64,000 nucleotides of DNA from Escherichia phage Jgk1: sequence record PV292302.1; one strand, given 5' to 3'. The translations under genes and the position numbers were made by a program. Numbering within the stretch: the stretch's first letter is position 1; each line of letters starts with the position of its first letter. Shown here piece by piece: positions 19,369-28,233 of the stretch. The notes under the pieces are model-generated. The model was not told the origin of the DNA, searched no databases, and saw only the letters and a list, made by a program, of their open reading frames with translations.

Positions 19369-20345
19369 AAGTAACTAATGAACATGATGTAAGCCTAGCC
19401 TTATCAGTCTGGCTCCTGTACGACGAATACGATTACGTCGATAACCCCAAGTACCTATCAGCAACTACATTGCTTAAACCTATTAAGCAAATAGTGATGA
19501 AGCACCGAGTGGACATGAGTAATCAATCCATTGATGTCATGGACTTCACTGCTTCTTCTATGGGTACTGGTCTGCATGACTCTATTGAAAAGTCATGGCG
19601 TAAGGGTTATAAGACTGCACTCAAAAAGCTGGGATATCCTCAGCGAGTTATTGATGCAGTAGTAATCGACCCTACCCCCGAAGACTTTGCCAAGAATCCT
19701 GACCTCATTCCAGTCTATCTGGAGAGACGAGGGCAGAAGGTTCTCAATGGATGGACTATTGGGGGCAAGTTCGACATCGTAACAGAGGGTCTGTTACAGG
19801 ACTTTAAGTCAACCTCAACCTATTCCTGGGTTGCTGGTTCCCGCGATGACGAACATAAGATGCAAGGTAGCATCTATCGCTGGATTCACGATGACATCAT
19901 CACTGAGGATGTAATTCGTATTAACTACATCTTCACAGACTTCATGAAGTACATGGCTGCAAGTAATCCGAAATATCCTGCCCGTCGCATTATGCACAAG
20001 GATATTCCATTGATGCCGTATGAACGTACTGAAGCCTGGATTAGTGAGAAGCTCAACCTCATCGACAAGTTTTGGGATGCACCTGAAAGTGAAATCCCTG
20101 AATGTACTGATGAGGAGTTGTGGCGAAGTGAACCACAGTTCAAATACTTCTCCGATGCTGCCAAGGTAGATGTACCTGGAGCCAGGAGTACCAAGAACTT
20201 TGATGACATGATGTCAGCTCGCCAGTATATGGCTGAGAAAGGTGGCAAAGGTGCAATCAAGGTCGTCGAGGGACAGGTAAAACGCTGCGAGTATTGTGCC
20301 GTGGCATCCATTTGTAAGCAAAGAGAGAGATATTTCCCATCATGA
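19365..20345 (+). CDS. putative PD-(D/E)XK exonuclease with C-terminal Cys cluster (Cas4/RecB-like)
   Basis: C-terminal C-x2-C-x5-C pattern (CEYCAVASIC); sits in a replication/recombination gene block. Confidence 0.4.
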   Translation: MKVTNEHDVSLALSVWLLYDEYDYVDNPKYLSATTLLKPIKQIVMKHRVDMSNQSIDVMDFTASSMGTGLHDSIEKSWRKGYKTALKKLGYPQRVIDAVVIDPTPEDFAKNPDLIPVYLERRGQKVLNGWTIGGKFDIVTEGLLQDFKSTSTYSWVAGSRDDEHKMQGSIYRWIHDDIITEDVIRINYIFTDFMKYMAASNPKYPARRIMHKDIPLMPYERTEAWISEKLNLIDKFWDAPESEIPECTDEELWRSEPQFKYFSDAAKVDVPGARSTKNFDDMMSARQYMAEKGGKGAIKVVEGQVKRCEYCAVASICKQRERYFPS

Positions 20346-22498
20346 GTATTGACCTGACCGGAGTCACTCACCACCCTGCAATTGAAGAAATTGTAGACGT
20401 GCTGTGTAACAAGACACAAAACAACGACAGAGGATTCTTCCGCGTCGAGGTAGCCTATTTCCTGGCTAAAATGGCATCCTGTATGGGTGCAACCATTGTC
20501 ACTAAAGACCGTGGTGACTTACCAGTCAACATCTACGCTATGGCATTAGCAACGTCTGGCTTCGGTAAAGGTCACTCGGTAAATATTATCGAAGATGGGT
20601 TTATGACAGGCTTCCGTAAACGTTTTATGGAAGACACTATGCCCGTCATTGCAAATGACCGCCTGTGGAAAATTGCTAACGAACGTTCTGCACGTCAAGG
20701 TACTGACCAGCAGGAAGAGTTCGATAAGGTGGAGGCTGAGTTTAAACGTGCTGGAGCATACCCGTTTACGTTTGACTCAGGTACTCCACCAGCAGTTAAA
20801 CAACTACGTCATAAGCTGTTAATGGCCGGATGTGGTTCAATCAATCTTCAGATTGATGAAATTGGTTCGAACCTGCTGGCAAACACGGATGTGTTAACCC
20901 TGTTCCTGGAGTTGTATGACCAGGGTAAGGTTAAACAGAAGCTGACCAAGAACACTGCTGAAAGTGTTCGTGGTGAGGAACTGGATGGTAAGACTCCAAC
21001 CAACCTGCTTTTATTTGGTACGCCAAGTAAGTTGCTGGATGGTGGTCAAATCGAAGACCAGTACTATGGCTTCCTGGATACTGGATATGCCCGTCGCTGT
21101 TTCTTTGCGATTGGACATCTAGACAAGCGTGCACATGTGTCGCTGACCCCGGAGGAAATCTACAATAACCTGATTAAACAGGATAATACTCAGGCCATGA
21201 GTAAGTGGGCGAATCGTTTCCACGATTTAGCAGACCCTAACCTGTTTGGCTTCAAGATGGTTGTAGAAGATGCAGTAGGTATCGCCCTGATTGCTTACAA
21301 AATTGATTGTGAGAAACAAGCAGAGGCTATGGCTGACCACGAAGAAATTCGTAAAGCTGAAATATCTCACCGTTACTTCAAAGCTCTTAAGCTGGCAGGT
21401 GCGTTGGCATTTGTAGATGGTAGCTCATTCATTGAGATGCAACATCTGCAACAGGCCATCTTGCTCGCAGAAGAATCCGGGGCAGCGTTCCAGACGATTC
21501 TCAATCGTGAGAAAGCGTATGTGAAACTGGCTAAGTATATTGCTTCAGTAGGCAAAGAAGTTACTCATGCAGACTTGCTTGAGTCTCTGCCATTCTATAA
21601 GAGTGGTAATGCTGCACGTAATGAAATGATGACGCTGGCAACAGCATGGGGCTATAAGCAACACATCATTATCAAAAAGTCCTACAACGAAGGTATTGAG
21701 TTCTTCCGTGGGGAAACTCTTAAGGAAACCAATACTGACGAAATGCTGGTGGCATACAGTGAAAGCTTTGCGTATGACTATATCGGTGAGCGTGTTCCAT
21801 TCGACCAACTTCATGTATTGACCCAGGCTCCTAATATGCACTGGATTAACCACCATGTTAAGAATGGTCACCGTGCCGAAGAAAACGTAATTCCAGGCTT
21901 TAACATGATTGTTATTGACTGTGATGGTGGAGTGCCTTTGGCAACTTGCCACGAGTTAATGAAGGACTATAAGTTTATGACTTATACGACGAAACGTCAC
22001 ACCGATGGTGAGAACCGTTTCCGGCTTATCCTTCCAATGAACTATGAGTTACACCTCGATACTGAGGAATATAAAGAGTTCATGAATAACGTCATGACCT
22101 GGCTCCCGTTTGAGACAGATGAGTCTGCAAACCAACGTGCTAAGAAATGGATGTCCTGCGAAGCTGGTACATACCATTACAACCTCGAAGCACCATTGTT
22201 GGATGTACGTGACTTCATTCCTAGAACCAGTAAGAACGAACAGTTCCAGAACCAGATGAAGGAAGTTCAGTCCCTGGACAACCTCGAACGTTGGTTCGCT
22301 GGTCGTATTGCTTCAGGTAACCGTAATAACCAGATGATTAAGTATGCTCTGGCACTGGTAGACAGTGGCTGGGAATTTAATCAGGTTCAACAATCTGTAT
22401 ATGCATTCAACAAGAAATTGTCGAATCCATTACCAGATGATGAGCTGAACGCAACTGTAATGGTAACCGTAGCGAAGAAATACGCCGGAGCCAAATAA
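20342..22498 (+). CDS. putative DNA primase (possibly primase-helicase)
   Basis: 718-aa ORF with P-loop-like GFGKGHS; position between nuclease and ssDNA-binding genes. Confidence 0.4.
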   Translation: MSIDLTGVTHHPAIEEIVDVLCNKTQNNDRGFFRVEVAYFLAKMASCMGATIVTKDRGDLPVNIYAMALATSGFGKGHSVNIIEDGFMTGFRKRFMEDTMPVIANDRLWKIANERSARQGTDQQEEFDKVEAEFKRAGAYPFTFDSGTPPAVKQLRHKLLMAGCGSINLQIDEIGSNLLANTDVLTLFLELYDQGKVKQKLTKNTAESVRGEELDGKTPTNLLLFGTPSKLLDGGQIEDQYYGFLDTGYARRCFFAIGHLDKRAHVSLTPEEIYNNLIKQDNTQAMSKWANRFHDLADPNLFGFKMVVEDAVGIALIAYKIDCEKQAEAMADHEEIRKAEISHRYFKALKLAGALAFVDGSSFIEMQHLQQAILLAEESGAAFQTILNREKAYVKLAKYIASVGKEVTHADLLESLPFYKSGNAARNEMMTLATAWGYKQHIIIKKSYNEGIEFFRGETLKETNTDEMLVAYSESFAYDYIGERVPFDQLHVLTQAPNMHWINHHVKNGHRAEENVIPGFNMIVIDCDGGVPLATCHELMKDYKFMTYTTKRHTDGENRFRLILPMNYELHLDTEEYKEFMNNVMTWLPFETDESANQRAKKWMSCEAGTYHYNLEAPLLDVRDFIPRTSKNEQFQNQMKEVQSLDNLERWFAGRIASGNRNNQMIKYALALVDSGWEFNQVQQSVYAFNKKLSNPLPDDELNATVMVTVAKKYAGAK

Positions 22499-22554
22499 GT
22501 AAACTGGAGTCTTTCTTTGGTCGGAGAGACTCCTAATCAAACGAGGAAGTAATA

Positions 22555-23310
22555 ATGTCCGAAGAGTTAATTGCCAATGACATGAACACTCAGCTAATCC
22601 TGATTGCAGGATTCTCAGCCAGTGGTAAGTCGGCATCACTTCGTAACCTCAGGAACCAGGAACGCTGGTTATATCTGAATACCGAGGCAGGTAAGCGTCT
22701 GCCATTCCGTAATAAGTTTCAGTCTTACAACATCGAAGACCCTTATCAAATTTGGGAAGCATTCGATGCTGCATCACCTGGTGGTGATATGGTTGATGAC
22801 ATTGATGGAATCATCATTGACTCAGCCACATTCATGATGGATATGCTGGAATCCCAGTATGTACTCCCATCTGCAAATACCCAGAAAGCCTGGGGTGACT
22901 TTGCTCAATTCTTCAAAATCCTGCTGCAACAAAAAGTTGTTAAGTTCGGCAAGCCAGTAATTATTACTGCCCATGCCAAAGACGAACTGGATGAAGCTGC
23001 TGGTGTAATGAAGACATTCATCCCAGTCAAGGGCTCATTGAAAAATAATGGCCTGGAAGCTTACTTCTCAACTGTGGTGTATGCAGAACGAGTAGACATC
23101 AAGGAACTGGAGAAGTACGGCAATAAGATGCTGGAAATTACAGAGGAAGAGCGTGACTTAGGTTATAAGCACGTATTCCAAACCAGACCAACTAAGAAAT
23201 CAGTTGGCAAACGTCTTCGTTCACCAATGGGTATGTTTGAGAAATCAGAAACCTACATTGATAACGATGCTCAGAAACTTCTCGACCACCTGGCTGAATA
23301 CTACGCCTAA
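22555..23310 (+). CDS. RecA-like ATPase (Sak4-like recombination protein)
   Basis: Walker A GFSASGKS near N-terminus, Walker B-like IIIDSA; 251 aa. Confidence 0.5.
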   Translation: MSEELIANDMNTQLILIAGFSASGKSASLRNLRNQERWLYLNTEAGKRLPFRNKFQSYNIEDPYQIWEAFDAASPGGDMVDDIDGIIIDSATFMMDMLESQYVLPSANTQKAWGDFAQFFKILLQQKVVKFGKPVIITAHAKDELDEAAGVMKTFIPVKGSLKNNGLEAYFSTVVYAERVDIKELEKYGNKMLEITEEERDLGYKHVFQTRPTKKSVGKRLRSPMGMFEKSETYIDNDAQKLLDHLAEYYA

Positions 23311-23348
23311 GCGTTTGCCTGGTTGTTAAAAAATTAATAGGAAATCAC

Positions 23349-24146
23349 ATGTCAAATCTGTTCGGTAATCTGAAAGAAAAAACCAAAAACGCTGAAGCTG
23401 CTAAAGACTCCCTGGGTGGAAGTGGCTTCGCTGCTAAAGAATCTGATATCTACACCGGTGACGTTAAAGTCGCTTACGTAGGTAAAGCTGACTCTGGTGC
23501 AGACTGGATGCAACTCATCGTCGAAAATATGAAGACCTCCGATGGTCTTGATGCTGGCGAATTCCGTGCACAAGTGTACTTCACTTCTGGTAAGGATAAA
23601 GGCAATAAGCCTACTTACGAGAAGAATGGTAAAGAGTATTACCTGCCTGGTTATACCGTAATCAATGACATGATGCTCATGGCTACTGGCAAAGAACTCT
23701 TTGAGGCAGACTTCGAAGAGAAGATTGTTAAAGTCTATGACTTTGACCAGAAAGCAGAAGTTAACAAGTCAGTCATGGTTCCAGTTGACCTGATTGGTCA
23801 GAACATTATGTTCGCTCTGGAGAAAGTCATCGAATCCAAGCAGACCAAGGGCGATGATGGTAAGTATTACGATAACGGGGAAACTCGTGAAGTAAACGAA
23901 ATCCAGAAACTGTTCCACCCGGAACTGCTGGTAACTGTCGTTGAAGCTCAGGAAGCTGAGAAGGCAGAGAAAGAACTGACTCCAGAACTGGCAGTATTCC
24001 ATGCTGCATGGTTGGATAAGAACAAAGGTAAAACCCGTGATAAGGCTAGCAAGTCTGCGGGTAAAGCAGGTACTCCACCTAAACCTGGTGCTGGTGGTTC
24101 AAGCTCTGCTCCAGCAGGTGGCAAGTCTCTGTTCGGTAAGAAATAA
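23349..24146 (+). CDS. single-stranded DNA-binding protein (putative, N4 gp45-like)
   Basis: 265 aa with Gly/Pro-rich flexible C-terminal tail ending ...GGKSLFGKK; position next to the Sak4-like gene. Confidence 0.45.
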   Translation: MSNLFGNLKEKTKNAEAAKDSLGGSGFAAKESDIYTGDVKVAYVGKADSGADWMQLIVENMKTSDGLDAGEFRAQVYFTSGKDKGNKPTYEKNGKEYYLPGYTVINDMMLMATGKELFEADFEEKIVKVYDFDQKAEVNKSVMVPVDLIGQNIMFALEKVIESKQTKGDDGKYYDNGETREVNEIQKLFHPELLVTVVEAQEAEKAEKELTPELAVFHAAWLDKNKGKTRDKASKSAGKAGTPPKPGAGGSSSAPAGGKSLFGKK

Positions 24147-24706
24147 TGCAAATCCCAATTCTCGGAGCAGATATTTCACTTCGGAATTGGGGATTAGCAA
24201 GGGGTATGCTGGACATTGAATCCGGTGTGTTTGAGAAGGTAGAACTCAAACTGGTTCAGACTGAAGTTGACCACAACAAGCAAGTCCGAACCAACTCCAA
24301 AGACATTCAAGCTGCTCATGATATCTTCATTGGCGTAAGAGACTGGCTCATTGACGATAAGCCTAAAGCTATCTTCATTGAAGTGCCTGTAGGTTCTCAG
24401 TCTGCTAATGGCATGAAATCCTACGGCTTGTGTGTCGGACTCGTTGGGGCATTCCGTGCATTGGGATGCCCTGTATTCGAGGTATCCCCTACCGAAAATA
24501 AAATTGCACTGGCTGGCAGTAAGACAGCTTCCAAAGACGTAATGATACGTACTGCCCATGAAATCTATCCTGAAGCTAACTGGCTCAAGGATGGTAAGGG
24601 CAAGTTGCTCAATAAGAATGAGCACTTAGCTGATGCTATCGGTGCAATCCATGCTGGAGTTAATCTTCCAGCGTTTCAAAACTTACTGAATATGTTAAAG
24701 GCTTAA
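24146..24706 (+). CDS. RuvC-like Holliday junction resolvase
   Basis: N-terminal ILGADISLRNWGLA (compare RuvC ILGIDPG...) and C-terminal EHLADAIGAIHAG motif. Confidence 0.5.
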   Translation: MQIPILGADISLRNWGLARGMLDIESGVFEKVELKLVQTEVDHNKQVRTNSKDIQAAHDIFIGVRDWLIDDKPKAIFIEVPVGSQSANGMKSYGLCVGLVGAFRALGCPVFEVSPTENKIALAGSKTASKDVMIRTAHEIYPEANWLKDGKGKLLNKNEHLADAIGAIHAGVNLPAFQNLLNMLKA

Positions 24707-24707
24707 C

Positions 24708-25214
24708 ATGCAAATCACATTAAATCATGCCGAAGTAGAAGGTATTCTGGCTGCCCATATCGTAACTGCAATGCCTTCTGTTGAACCAGAAGAAGTAATT
24801 GCGGTTATCATCAACGAAGATGGTTCTGCAACCATTGGTATTGGTGAGGGGGTAGGCTCAGATAATGATACTCCACCCGTGGTAGAAAAACAGAAACGTA
24901 CCCGTGGACCAAATAAACGTAATCCACAGGAAGCAAAGCATCGTCCTGTGAACCAGGAACCAGAAGCTGGGGAACAAACCCCGACTACAGTTGGTGGTCA
25001 GAACGGGAGTTCTACGCCGGAACCTGAAGCTCAGGGCGAACAAGTTGTAACTCCTGAAGAACAGCTGAAGGAAGAAGCAACTGAACAGGCTGAAGAAGCT
25101 GCATCAGAAGAAGCTTCTCAGGAAGCAGGGGTACAACAGGAAGTTCAGGAGGAGAAGGTTGCCGAAGCACCTGCTACTGCTAAACCATCTCTGTTCGCTG
25201 GCCTGAAACGTTAA
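24708..25214 (+). CDS. hypothetical protein with acidic low-complexity C-terminal half
   Basis: 168 aa; Glu/Gln/Pro-rich C-terminal region. Confidence 0.4.
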   Translation: MQITLNHAEVEGILAAHIVTAMPSVEPEEVIAVIINEDGSATIGIGEGVGSDNDTPPVVEKQKRTRGPNKRNPQEAKHRPVNQEPEAGEQTPTTVGGQNGSSTPEPEAQGEQVVTPEEQLKEEATEQAEEAASEEASQEAGVQQEVQEEKVAEAPATAKPSLFAGLKR

Positions 25215-25455
25215 TCTGGTAGGTGGCTCAGAAGCTACTGCTATTTGTGGTAGTGTTCATAATTCTGATGCTATTGCTTATCAGGATTCTGGACGTGTCG
25301 GCTCCATACATAGCCTTTATCATCACTGTCCTTATCCTATGGAAATGGAAATGCAGTGAAAAGTCCGGTGGTGACAAGCCGCCAGATTAATAACAAACCG
25401 AACCAGTGTGCAGGAATACTCTCCCCTGTGCACTGGTTCCAATAGGACGTTAACT

Positions 25456-25860
25456 ATGAACTATGTAAAAGAAATTGATGAGGATGAACCAGTCCTGGTC
25501 AGTAACAAGTATTACTATGCTCCTAGTGAACGCCTTATGTGTAACTCATGCGGAACAGTAAGTAGTAATCATCACATAGGTACTGTATTTCTATGGAAGC
25601 ACGCCAGTTGGCCTAAAGACTGGAATCCCCAATGGGTTACTCTTCATACTTGTAAACGGTGTGGAAGAAATGTTGAGAAAGACTTTAGTCATTCATTCAC
25701 TGACCAAGGTAATTACGAGTGTGACGAAACAGCTGATATTAACAAATGGGAAAAAGAACTCTCAGATTTAGAAGCTGAAGTAGAAGACCTTAAGTTTAAA
25801 ATCAAAAGGGGCAGAGCTCGTTGGGCTGAACTCTGGGAAACAGATGAAGATGCAAACTGA
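25456..25860 (+). CDS. hypothetical Cys-rich (zinc-ribbon-like) protein
   Basis: CNSCG ... CKRCG pairs; ATG at 25456 preferred because the upstream 48 nt form an inverted repeat. Confidence 0.4.
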   Translation: MNYVKEIDEDEPVLVSNKYYYAPSERLMCNSCGTVSSNHHIGTVFLWKHASWPKDWNPQWVTLHTCKRCGRNVEKDFSHSFTDQGNYECDETADINKWEKELSDLEAEVEDLKFKIKRGRARWAELWETDEDAN

Positions 25861-26101
25861 TATCCATCCTATGGAAGAGTACATAGATGCTCTTGTCACT
25901 TGTGAATTAGCCATGATGATGGCTATTAAAGATAAGAAGCAACCTAACTTTTCAGTACGAATGTGTGCTGCCAGGATGTCTCTTAAATGCTCTAACCCAA
26001 TGAACAAGAAGTTGTTTCTTGGAGTGAGCAAAGCTGAATCACCTGCTGCAATGATTTACCATTTCAGAACTATGCTGGATGAGGAAATCTCTCGTGTTTA
26101 A
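25844..26101 (+). CDS. hypothetical protein
   Basis: 85-aa ORF overlapping the upstream stop. Confidence 0.3.
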   Translation: MKMQTDIHPMEEYIDALVTCELAMMMAIKDKKQPNFSVRMCAARMSLKCSNPMNKKLFLGVSKAESPAAMIYHFRTMLDEEISRV

Positions 26102-26279
26102 ATATTTCATTCGATACCAGAATGGAGGTGCTAATTCTTTTGTGGGTGGTAAAGCCCATGAAGGTAAAAAAGCATTTCACATTAAAACAGGTAAATGCAC
26201 TGTACTTGTACCATACGCTTGGTACAAAGATGGTGAAGTTCAAGAATTAGTTGATAAAGCAGATAAGTTTGTAGTATAA
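26079..26279 (+). CDS. hypothetical protein
   Basis: 66-aa ORF ending directly before the tRNA cluster. Confidence 0.3.
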   Translation: MRKSLVFKYFIRYQNGGANSFVGGKAHEGKKAFHIKTGKCTVLVPYAWYKDGEVQELVDKADKFVV

Positions 26280-26289
26280 AGATTTCCAC

Positions 26290-26371
26290 GGGGGAGTAGT
26301 CAAGCGGTCGAAGACGGCAGACTGTAAATCTGTTATCCCACACGGTAGTTCGAATCTACCCTCCCCCACCA
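26290..26371 (+). tRNA. tRNA-Tyr (anticodon GTA), type II with long variable arm
   Basis: acceptor GGGGGAG/CTCCCCC, anticodon arm GCAGA-CTGTAAA-TCTGT, T-arm GGTAG-TTCGAAT-CTACC, encoded CCA. Confidence 0.7.
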
Positions 26372-26372
26372 C

Positions 26373-26447
26373 GGTAAGTTAGCTAAATGGTGAAGCGGCT
26401 GACTGTTAATCAGTGATAGAGTGGTTCGAGTCCACTACTTACCGCCA
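26373..26447 (+). tRNA. tRNA-Asn (anticodon GTT)
   Basis: acceptor GGTAAGT/ACTTACC, anticodon loop CTGTTAA, T-arm AGTGG-TTCGAGT-CCACT, encoded CCA. Confidence 0.7.
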
Positions 26448-26452
26448 TATTA

Positions 26453-26529
26453 CGGAGTTTAGCTCAGTCTGGTAGAGCATCTGCTTTGGGAGCAGAGGGT
26501 CGTAGGTTCGAGTCCTGCAATTCCGACCA
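26453..26529 (+). tRNA. tRNA-Pro (anticodon TGG)
   Basis: canonical D-arm GCTC-AGTCTGGTA-GAGC, anticodon arm TCTGC-TTTGGGA-GCAGA, T-arm GTAGG-TTCGAGT-CCTGC, encoded CCA. Confidence 0.75.
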
Positions 26530-26631
26530 AACAATGCGTCGTTAGCTCAAACAAGGAGAGAGCGTGGGTCCGGTAGCTCCGGGTTAAACCCAAGGTTGGG
26601 AGTGCAAGTCTCCTGCGGCGTACCAAACAAT

Positions 26632-26707
26632 TAGGGGTTAGTTCAGTTGGTAGAACATCGGACTTTGATTCCGAATGTCACAGGTTCGAATCCTGTACCC
26701 CTTGCCA
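26632..26707 (+). tRNA. tRNA-Gln (anticodon TTG)
   Basis: D-arm GTTC-AGTTGGTA-GAAC, anticodon arm TCGGA-CTTTGAT-TCCGA, T-arm ACAGG-TTCGAAT-CCTGT, discriminator G, CCA. Confidence 0.75.
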
Positions 26708-26709
26708 AT

Positions 26710-26785
26710 TGCTTCATAGCTCAGCAGGTAGAGCGTTCCCCTGATAAGGGAGAGGTCACTGGTTCGAACCCAGTTGAAGCAACCA
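26710..26785 (+). tRNA. tRNA-Ile (anticodon GAT)
   Basis: acceptor TGCTTCA/TGAAGCA, D-arm GCTC-AGCAGGTA-GAGC, anticodon loop CTGATAA, T-arm ACTGG-TTCGAAC-CCAGT, CCA. Confidence 0.75.
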
Positions 26786-27834
26786 ACATCCTATCAATGA
26801 GTACACTTGATTGAGGTCAGAAGATGAAATGAAGCTTCTGTAAAATGAATCCACAGAGTGTGCTCTTTGATAGTTTTCGTAAGCGATTATGCGGTTTTTT
26901 AGAAACGAACCAAAAACATAAATGCAAACGATGATGTTGTTCTGATGGCTGCTTAATTGCATAACCATTAGTCAGGAGTGAGTCGTCCTGATTATCAAAC
27001 GACCGTGGAGTTCTCCCGTCCATGTATTAGAAACGGGAGGCCAACTATGACCAGAGTAGCATGGGGCAAATGCACGGTTAGCTGCCGGGATGAGGGTTCG
27101 AATCCCCAGATGGTCAAAGTCCAGACGATATCTGAGTGACTTTAAAAACAGATGGAGCCAGGTGGAATCCCTGGCAATTAATACATACCATTGGCTTTAC
27201 AACACAAGTCCAACAGTTGGGCATAGGGCAGCAACCCTATAATCAGGTGAACGAGAACTTGTCTGGTAGTTGGTATGTAACCCCAACCGTTTCAGAAGAT
27301 GCAGGCAAGACCACGCAGCCCGTTGATAAACGTAGTGGCTGCTGGACAAGATGTAAAACGAGGCGTCGTTACACGCCTATCGTCACCATCTGAAAGGTAA
27401 ACGGTTTGCAACCGTACTAAATTCCAGGATATCAGCACTAGGTATAGCCATAATGTAATGCGCAACAGTTAAGGTAAGCCAACAAGTGTTTGGTTGATGT
27501 AGTCAGGGTTCATGGCCTGATTAGAAGGTTCGATTCCTTCTCCTGGAACCAATTCAAAGTAGCACTGTATCTTTAAATGTTTCCCGGCATTCAAAGCACA
27601 CACCGTGACAGTGCTACCCTGAATTGAAAGAATTATGGGGGCGAGGTCGTTAATACGACGGCGTAAGTACCAGATGAGACTTCTGGACGCCCCTACCACA
27701 TTCTGAACCAGTAAAGAAACATCCGAACTAACTATTAACTCTTAATGAGTGAAATAAGAAGTCCCCAAGGGGTTGGGTGAGATAACGCTATATCTGAGGA
27801 AGCAGGTAAGAATCCTGCATGGTTCACCAGTTAA

Positions 27835-27967
27835 GTCCGTTTAGCTCAGGGGTTAGAGCACGAGAGCCAAAGCATCGTTTCTACTTCGGTAGACAGCCTA
27901 GCTGGTCAAACGACAACGACTCGGTGTGAGGCCAGAGGTCATTGGTTCAAATCCAATAACGGACTCC
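27835..27967 (+). ncRNA. tRNA-like RNA with about 58-nt central insertion (no canonical anticodon arm)
   Basis: perfect 7-bp acceptor GTCCGTT/AACGGAC, canonical D-arm TAGCTCAGGGGTTAGAGCA, canonical T-arm ATTGG-TTCAAAT-CCAAT; the 80 nt between them include a UUCG-tetraloop hairpin and no 5-7-5 anticodon stem-loop. Confidence 0.3.
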
Positions 27968-28200
27968 CTATTAAGCAGTAACACAGTCCTGATTGCATAG
28001 CACTCTAAAGGCATCACTGGTAAGACAGTCCAGTGGCTGTTATATTGAAAACCATACCCCCGACAAGGTGTATGGAGTATGAGCAGACTATAATGCTCGC
28101 TAAGGAAACAGAGAAACGGACTATCAATCCATGTCTGCTTGACTCTTAAAGTGTTTCACTGATTTCCTGCCTAGCCTCGTTGACTGCGTTAAAGTCACTA

Positions 28201-28233
28201 AGTCCCCCTAGCACCACATAGGGGGACTTTTTT
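28201..28233 (+). terminator. rho-independent terminator closing the tRNA / structured-RNA region
   Basis: 9-bp stem AGTCCCCCT/AGGGGGACT followed by TTTTTT. Confidence 0.6.

Noticed and set aside
26536-26625. Calling a sixth canonical tRNA between tRNA-Pro and tRNA-Gln
   Set aside because: A D-arm-like segment exists but no TTCGA-type T-loop and no clean acceptor pairing could be built by hand; left as a finding, not a feature.
27001-27115. A further tRNA-like element around the T-arm-like GGGTTCGAATCCCC at about 27084
   Set aside because: Only a 3-bp T-stem and a 5-6-bp candidate acceptor pairing; too degenerate to call.
27136-27699. ORF-track entries 27136..27393 (+) and 27469..27699 (-) in the region after the tRNAs
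   Set aside because: The region is dense in RNA-like hairpins, and the minus ORF translates the antisense of a tRNA T-arm (the GIEPS signature); no RBS. Treated as non-coding.
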